From assembly GCA_036732165.1 (NCBI GenBank), contig DAINCX010000004.1, positions 4,017 to 68,016 of the forward strand: 64,000 bases of DNA, in the 5' to 3' direction. A program made the translations under genes and the position numbers. Positions 58,654 to 64,000 of the stretch are shown here, piece by piece (the first letter of the stretch is position 1; every line of letters begins with the position of its first letter). The notes under the pieces are model-generated. The model was not told the DNA's origin and did not search any database. It worked only from the letters and a program-made list of their open reading frames with translations. Origin of the DNA: Candidatus Dormiibacterota bacterium. GTDB lineage: Bacteria > Chloroflexota > Dormibacteria > CF-121.

Positions 58654-59319
58654 TCAGGGGATAAGATCGGGGCGGCGGCGGCGAGTTCTGACCTCCGCCT
58701 GGGCGCGCCGCCATTTCTCGATCTCGGCATGATGGCCCGAGAGGAGGATCTCCGGGACGGCCAGGCCCTCATAGACGGCGGGCCGCGTGTACTGCGGGTA
58801 CTCGAGCAGGTCCCCGCCGAACGACTCATCCAGCGGCGAGTCCGACGACCCCAGTACGCCGGCCCGCAGGCGACTGACGGCGTCGATGAGCGCCATCGCC
58901 GGCAGCTCCCCCCCGGTGAGCACGTAGTCGCCGATCGAAATTTCCCGATCGACCAGGCCGGTCACCACCCGCTCGTCCACGCCCTCGTAGCGCCCGCAGA
59001 TCAAGTAGAGATCGTCGTGGTCGGCCAGCTCGCGAACGATCGGCTGCCGCAACGGTTCGCCCTGCGGACTGAGCAGAATGATCGGCCCGTGCCCCTGCCG
59101 CTCCCGAACGGCCTCGAAGATGGGCTCCGGCTTCAGGACCATGCCGGCGCCACCGCCATACGGAATGTCGTCGACCTGCCGGTGGCGGTCGTGCGTGTAG
59201 TCACGCAGGTTGTGCAGGACGAGCGTGATGGCGCCGCTCCTGAGTGCCCGGCCGGTGACCCCAGCGGCCAACGGTCCGGGAAACGCTTCGGGGAAGAGGG
59301 TCAGGACCTCGAAGATCAT
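58654..59319 (-). CDS. trmD: tRNA (guanine37-N1)-methyltransferase
   Basis: [11 protein letters not shown]...[15 protein letters not shown] signature; 221 aa. Confidence 0.9.
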   Translation of the reverse strand: MIFEVLTLFPEAFPGPLAAGVTGRALRSGAITLVLHNLRDYTHDRHRQVDDIPYGGGAGMVLKPEPIFEAVRERQGHGPIILLSPQGEPLRQPIVRELADHDDLYLICGRYEGVDERVVTGLVDREISIGDYVLTGGELPAMALIDAVSRLRAGVLGSSDSPLDESFGGDLLEYPQYTRPAVYEGLAVPEILLSGHHAEIEKWRRAQAEVRTRRRRPDLIP

Positions 59320-59825
59320 GGCGCCCTATCGTCGGGGAGGTCGACCGTGATGGCGCCCCCGGGCAGATCGACCCGCAGCACGACGCTCCGCACCATCGGG
59401 ACCAACCGCTCGCGCGCCCCGTCGACCACGCGCAGCATGTCGTTGGCAGGGTTGGTCAGCACCTCCGCCACCGTCCCCAGGCGCCCGCCGGTCCCGCGAT
59501 CGATCACCTGAAGACCCACCAGCTGAAAATGGTAAAAGCGTTCCGGCGGCAATGCCCGAGCCTCGGTCAGGGGAACCGTGAGGTACGAGCCCGTGAGTCG
59601 CGCCGCTTCCTCGCGGTCGGTGATCTCGGCGAAGGTCAGCAGGATGCCGGCATCGGAGACGCCGGACCGCTCGATCGTGAGACGCCGACCCGCCACCGTC
59701 ACCTGGGAGCCTGGCGCGAACCGGTCGGGGAAGTCGGTGAGCGACTCGACCCGCACGCTCCCCCGCACGCCGTGGGCCTTGAGCACGCGGCCGATCCGCA
59801 GGTCCGGCTGCGCGCCCGAGGTCAC
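59316..59825 (-). CDS. rimM: 16S rRNA processing protein RimM
   Basis: [27 protein letters not shown] RimM N-domain plus PRC barrel. Real start is the GTG overlapping the ylqC stop (GTGA); the longer listed ORF's N-terminus is spurious. Confidence 0.8.
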   Translation of the reverse strand: MTSGAQPDLRIGRVLKAHGVRGSVRVESLTDFPDRFAPGSQVTVAGRRLTIERSGVSDAGILLTFAEITDREEAARLTGSYLTVPLTEARALPPERFYHFQLVGLQVIDRGTGGRLGTVAEVLTNPANDMLRVVDGARERLVPMVRSVVLRVDLPGGAITVDLPDDRAP

Positions 59826-60058
59826 ACGATCTCGACCATCACCCGGTCGTGGTTCTTGAGCGCGGCAGCCCGGACGACGGCCCGGATGGCGTCGATGTTG
59901 CGCCCGCCGCGGCCGATGACCTTGCCCACATCGTCGTTCGACAGCGTGACCTCGACCCGGTTGGTTCGCTCGCCTTCGACCATCGCAACCTTGACGTCTT
60001 CTGGTTTGGACACGATCGCCTTGATGATGTAGCTGACGAGGTCGGTGTAGTCCTGCAC
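59822..60058 (-). CDS. KH-domain RNA-binding protein (YlqC/UPF0109)
   Basis: 78 aa, GKVIGRGGRNIDAIRAVV KH motif; conserved position between rpsP and rimM. Confidence 0.8.
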   Translation of the reverse strand: MQDYTDLVSYIIKAIVSKPEDVKVAMVEGERTNRVEVTLSNDDVGKVIGRGGRNIDAIRAVVRAAALKNHDRVMVEIV

Positions 60059-60060
60059 GA

Positions 60061-60384
60061 TCAGGCCTCGGGCTCGGCCGCCGTCGCCACCGCGGTCGCC
60101 GCCTTCGCCGGCTTGGTGGGCCGTTTCCGAGCGGACTCCTTGGGCAGCAGCCCCTCGCCAATCAGGAAGGCCCGCGCCGTATCGGAGGGCCGGGCGCCTT
60201 TTTGCAGCCAGACCTTAACCTTCTCCGCATCGACGGTGCGCTTGACGGGGTCGGTCATCGGGTCGAACGTGCCCAGAATCTCGATGAATTTCCCGTCACG
60301 TGGTGACCGGCTGTCCGCCACCACGAGCCGGTAGAAGGGGTGCTTCTTGGCCCCAATGCGCCGCATGCGAATCTTGACTGACAC
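60061..60384 (-). CDS. rpsP: 30S ribosomal protein S16 (with C-terminal extension)
   Basis: MSVKIRMRRIGAKKHPFYRLVVADSRSPRDGKFIEILGTFDP; 107 aa. Confidence 0.9.
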   Translation of the reverse strand: MSVKIRMRRIGAKKHPFYRLVVADSRSPRDGKFIEILGTFDPMTDPVKRTVDAEKVKVWLQKGARPSDTARAFLIGEGLLPKESARKRPTKPAKAATAVATAAEPEA

Positions 60385-60400
60385 GTCGAACCTCCTGGCC

Positions 60401-61738
60401 TTAGCCTTTGAGTAATTGTGCGGGGTCGATCGGGAGCCCGCGGATCCGCTTCCCCTTCCCCATCTGCTTCATCATCTGTTGCATTTGTTGAAAGCCCTTC
60501 AGCAGCCGGTTGACCGCCGCGATGTCGGTTCCGGATCCGCGGGCGATCCGCCGCCGGCGGCTGCCGTTAACCGACTCCGGCCGTTCGCGCTCGTCAGGGG
60601 TCATCGAGAGGATGATGGCCTCCATCTCGCGCAGCTGGTCGTCGCTCGGCAGCGCCCCGGCCAGGTTCTTGATCTTGCCGGCCCCCGGAAGCATGCCGAT
60701 GAGCCCCTCCAGCGGCCCCATTTTCTTGACCTGCTTCAACTGTTCCATGAAGTCCGTGAGGGTCAGGTGGCCGGCCCGCAGTTTCCGCTCCATGTCCCGG
60801 GCCTGGGACTCGTCGACGTGCTCCTGGGCGCGTTCGATCAGGGTCAGCACGTCGCCCATCCCAAGAATTCTCGACGCCATCCGGTCCGGGTAGAAGATCT
60901 CGAGGTCGGTCAGCTTCTCACCCACACCGACAAACTGGATCGGGCACGCGGTCACCGCGCGGAGCGAGAGCGCTGCACCGCCACGAGCGTCGCCGTCGAG
61001 CTTGGTGAGGATGGCCCCCGTCAGCGGCACCGTCTGCTGAAAGGCGAGCGTCACGTCCACCGCCTGCTGGCCCGTCATGGCGTCCAGCACCAGGAGTCGC
61101 TGCACGGCCGGTACGGCCTCGACGATCTGCTTGAGCTCGGCCAGCAGATCCACGTCGACCTGCAGGCGGCCGGCGGTGTCGATGATGATCACGTCGGCGT
61201 TTACTCGTCGCGCTTCGTTGAGGGAGTTCCGAGCAATCGCCACCGGGTCGGTGTCGCGCGGCGCAAACGACGGGGCGTTGATGCTCTTCGCCAGGATCTC
61301 CAGCTGCTCCATGGCCGCCGGCCGCCGGCCATCCGTCGAGACCAGGAGTGGGCGGTGGCCCTCGCGACGAGTAAAGAGCGCGAGTTTCCCGGCCGCCGTG
61401 GTCTTGCCCGCTCCCTGCAGGCCCGCGAGCACGATCACCGTGGGCGGGGTGGCCGCGTAGGCCATCGGCTCCCGGGTGCCCAGCAGGGCAATCATCTCCT
61501 CGTGCACGATCTTGACCAGCTGCTGGCCGGGAGTGAGGCTCTCCATGACCTCGGCCCCGACCGCCCGCGCCCGGATCCGGGCGACGAAGTCCCGGGCCAC
61601 CTTGTAGTTGACATCGGCTTCGAGCAGGGCCAGTCGGACCTCTCGCAAGCCCGCATCGACGTCGGCTTCGCTCAGCTTGCCGCGTCCGGTCAGCTTTTTG
61701 AGCGCCGCGTCGAGGCGCTCCGTCAGCGAATCAAACAT
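60401..61738 (-). CDS. ffh: signal recognition particle protein Ffh
   Basis: MFDSLTERLDAALKKL N-domain, G-domain GLQGAGKTT, DTAGR, M-domain Met-rich C-terminus. Real start is M34 of the listed ORF. Confidence 0.9.
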   Translation of the reverse strand: MFDSLTERLDAALKKLTGRGKLSEADVDAGLREVRLALLEADVNYKVARDFVARIRARAVGAEVMESLTPGQQLVKIVHEEMIALLGTREPMAYAATPPTVIVLAGLQGAGKTTAAGKLALFTRREGHRPLLVSTDGRRPAAMEQLEILAKSINAPSFAPRDTDPVAIARNSLNEARRVNADVIIIDTAGRLQVDVDLLAELKQIVEAVPAVQRLLVLDAMTGQQAVDVTLAFQQTVPLTGAILTKLDGDARGGAALSLRAVTACPIQFVGVGEKLTDLEIFYPDRMASRILGMGDVLTLIERAQEHVDESQARDMERKLRAGHLTLTDFMEQLKQVKKMGPLEGLIGMLPGAGKIKNLAGALPSDDQLREMEAIILSMTPDERERPESVNGSRRRRIARGSGTDIAAVNRLLKGFQQMQQMMKQMGKGKRIRGLPIDPAQLLKG

Positions 61739-61973
61739 CGCGCCGGCGCTCCAGCCCGAGTTTGTGCTCGTAACCGTCGAGGTTGGCGGCGGTTCGCCGC
61801 ACCACGTCGTAGACCGCCGTGCGGCTGACTTGCTCACGTTCCGCGATCTCGCCGTAGGACCAGTCTTCCTCCCAGGCCAGGTGCAGGATTCGACGCTGGT
61901 GTTCGGTCAGCAGGGGTCCGTAGAGGTCGAGCAGGCGAAGCTGACGCTGGCGTTGCCGTGTCCTGTCAAGCAT
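61731..61973 (-). CDS. ylxM: YlxM/UPF0122 putative HTH protein (SRP-operon associated)
   Basis: 80 aa, sigma-70 region-4-like HTH (WSYGEIAEREQVSRTAVYDVV); conserved position upstream of ffh. Confidence 0.75.
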   Translation of the reverse strand: MLDRTRQRQRQLRLLDLYGPLLTEHQRRILHLAWEEDWSYGEIAEREQVSRTAVYDVVRRTAANLDGYEHKLGLERRRDV

Positions 61974-62122
61974 TTAGCCTTGACAGTATACGCATCAACG
62001 GCGAGGCGATCCGGTCTCCTCGTTGTTCAGCACAAACTGCAGCAGCCAGAGAAACCCGGCGACGGCGATGCCCAGCGCAACCACGCCGACGAGCCCGACG
62101 AGGGCGAAGGCCAGGATCGTGG

Positions 62123-62383
62123 TTACTGATCGTCCTCCGGCTTATCCGCCACCCGCTCATCCTGCAGAATCTCCATCGCCTGGATCGCGTCCTCGCGAGG
62201 TACCCAGAGGTCGACGGCCGCGTAGCCACCGACCGTGACCGGCTCCACGGAGGCCAGCGCTTCGTGACGAAGGTACACGGTGATACCAGCGGAGTCCAGG
62301 ACCGCCTTCCACAGGTCGGCCTCCGGGAGACCGCTGGCCGTCACCAGCTTGACGAAGGCGTTCGGGTTATCTACAGGATTCAT
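62123..62383 (-). CDS. DUF2007-like small protein
   Basis: 86 aa, FVKLVTASGLPEADLWKAVLDSAGITVYL pattern resembling DUF2007; start overlaps ftsY by 4 nt. Confidence 0.45.
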   Translation of the reverse strand: MNPVDNPNAFVKLVTASGLPEADLWKAVLDSAGITVYLRHEALASVEPVTVGGYAAVDLWVPREDAIQAMEILQDERVADKPEDDQ

Positions 62384-63345
62384 GCATCGCCCTCCATTTG
62401 CAACAAGACCCGGAGATACTCGGCGGGATCGAAGCGGTTGAGGTCGTCCAAGCCTTCACCGATCCCGACCAGCTTGACCGGGACGCGAAGCTCTTCCTCG
62501 ATATTAAGCACGACGCCAGCCCGGGCGGACCCATCCATCTTGGTCACGACCAGTCCGGTCAGCCCGAGGGCCTGCTGGAAGACCTTCACCTGCTGGGCGG
62601 AGTTCTGGCCGATGTGCGCATCGAGGACGGCCAGCACCTCCTGGGGCGCCGCCGGGTCGAGCCGCTCCAGGACGCGTCGCACCTTTCGCAATTCCTCCAT
62701 CAGGTCCGTCCGGGTGTGGAGGCGCCCGGCCGTATCAACGATGACCACGTCGGCGCCGCGGGCCCGGGCCGCCTGCACCGCGTCGAAGGCCACCGCCCCG
62801 GGATCCGCGCCGGCCTGGTGCCCGACCACGTCGACCTGCGCCCGCTGGGCCCAAACCCGGAGTTGCTCGCCGGCCGCCGCTCGATAGGTATCCGCGGCGG
62901 CGAGCAGGGGTCGGTGCCCTTCAGCTTTGAGCAGGTGGGCGAGCTTCCCGATCGTGGTCGTCTTCCCAGACCCGTTGACCCCGACCACGAGCACAACCGC
63001 TGGGGCGCCGCGGAGATTGAGATCCCGCGGTCGCGTCCCCATTTCCGCGGCGAGGATCTCCTTGAGATACCCGAGAGCGTCCGCCGGTGAGCGAAGGTGG
63101 GCTGACGCCGCCTGGTTTCGCAAGGTCTCCACCACCCGCTCCGTGGTCGCCATGCCGGCGTCGGCCGCGATCAGCGTCGCTTCGAGGTCGTCCCAGAAGG
63201 TGGCGTCGAGGGCGGGGCGCCCGAAGACTTCCTTGAGGTCGGCGACATAGGCTCGCCGCCCCGATTCCAGACTCTTGGAAAACCGGGTCCAGAAGCCGCG
63301 ACGGGTGGGATCCTGGTCGTCCCTGGCGTCAGGCGGTCCGCTCAC
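62380..63345 (-). CDS. ftsY: signal recognition particle receptor FtsY
   Basis: NG domain: VVLVVGVNGSGKTTTIGKLA, DTAGR, TKMDGSARAG; 321 aa. Confidence 0.9.
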   Translation of the reverse strand: MSGPPDARDDQDPTRRGFWTRFSKSLESGRRAYVADLKEVFGRPALDATFWDDLEATLIAADAGMATTERVVETLRNQAASAHLRSPADALGYLKEILAAEMGTRPRDLNLRGAPAVVLVVGVNGSGKTTTIGKLAHLLKAEGHRPLLAAADTYRAAAGEQLRVWAQRAQVDVVGHQAGADPGAVAFDAVQAARARGADVVIVDTAGRLHTRTDLMEELRKVRRVLERLDPAAPQEVLAVLDAHIGQNSAQQVKVFQQALGLTGLVVTKMDGSARAGVVLNIEEELRVPVKLVGIGEGLDDLNRFDPAEYLRVLLQMEGDA

Positions 63346-64000
63346 GGATCGGCATCAGCGCATCTCGTTCCATCCGGACCGAGACGATGCGAGAGATGCC
63401 ATGCTCGCCCAGGGTGACGCCGTAGAGGACTTCCGCCTGCGCCATGGTGGAATGGTTGTGGGTCACGATCAAGAATTGCTGATCTAAAGAGAGCCGCTTG
63501 AGGACTCGGTTGAAGCGCATCACGTTCGCGTCGTCCAGCGCGGCGTCCACCTCGTCGAGAACATAGAAGGGGCTCGGGTTCACCGCCTGCAGAGCGAAGA
63601 GAAAGGCCAGGGCGGTGAGCGCCCGCTCGCCGCCGGATAGCAGGGTGAGCGGCTGCAACCGCTTGCCCGGGGTTTGGGCCAGGATCTCCACCCCCTCATC
63701 AAGCCGGTTCCCAGCGTCGTCAGCCTCCAGGCGGAGGGTGGCGCGGCCTCCCTCGAACAGCTCGCCGAAGAATTCCTGGAAGTTGATCGCGACCGAGTGG
63801 AAGACGGTTCGGAACCGCTCATCGATCTCGTTCTCCAGGCGCTGACGGAGTTCGAGCAACTGCGCGCTGGCCGCTTCGAGGTCGGCAAGCTGGGAGCCCA
63901 GGCTGTTGCACCGCTCGCGCGCCTGCGCGTACTCCTCCGGTGCCAGCAGGTTGACGGCGCCCATACCGTCGAGTCGCCGCTGCAACCGCGAGACCTCACG
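63329..64000 (-). CDS. smc: chromosome segregation protein SMC, C-terminal portion (runs off the window end)
   Basis: ABC signature LSGGERALTALAFLFAL, Walker B YVLDEVDAALD, D-loop; the frame stays open to position 64000. Confidence 0.85.
   Translation of the reverse strand, partial: REVSRLQRRLDGMGAVNLLAPEEYAQARERCNSLGSQLADLEAASAQLLELRQRLENEIDERFRTVFHSVAINFQEFFGELFEGGRATLRLEADDAGNRLDEGVEILAQTPGKRLQPLTLLSGGERALTALAFLFALQAVNPSPFYVLDEVDAALDDANVMRFNRVLKRLSLDQQFLIVTHNHSTMAQAEVLYGVTLGEHGISRIVSVRMERDALMPIRERTA

Overview
High-GC (~68%) bacterial chromosome segment that is almost entirely conserved core genome. Nearly all genes lie on the minus strand in long co-directional arrays, and many have 4-8 nt start/stop overlaps. 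Gene order closely mirrors Firmicutes-type blocks in a high-GC background: smc-ftsY-ylxM-ffh-rpsP-ylqC-rimM-trmD-rplS-rnhB; rpsB-tsf-pyrH-frr-uppS-cdsA-dxr-rseP-ispG-proS; nusB-xseB-tlyA-nadK-recN; alaS...ruvX-DUF1292-mltG. This points to a monoderm-like lineage such as Chloroflexi/Thermomicrobia, but that is inference only.

Content: one tRNA-Val(GAC); six aminoacyl-tRNA synthetases (metG, alaS, aspS, hisS, proS, plus ksgA/rsmI/tlyA/trmD RNA methylases); DNA metabolism genes (dinG-exo, recN, topA, dprA, comM, scpAB, smc); isoprenoid/lipid genes (ispG, dxr, uppS, cdsA, plsC); the stringent-response gene rel; a large GAF-GGDEF sensor; and a sigma-B-like/RsbW-like pair.

I found no mobile elements, CRISPR arrays or obvious defence island. 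The most unusual loci are:
1. An FtsA-family actin-like ATPase followed by a 527-aa bitopic membrane protein of unknown family, sitting in the alaS-ruvX slot.
2. A DUF948 membrane protein translationally coupled to an RsbW-like anti-sigma factor and a SigB-like sigma factor, with no anti-anti-sigma gene adjacent.
3. Two genes (mltG, the sigB-like gene) whose conserved N-terminal coding sequence lies upstream of any canonical start codon.
4. A split CN-hydrolase/NadE pair.
5. A Pro-Thr-repeat membrane protein overlapping the GGDEF sensor gene.

Many Arg/Pro/Ser-rich ORFs in the six-frame track are GC-driven artefacts. Coordinates I derived by hand (alternative starts, motifs) may be off by 1-2 nt.
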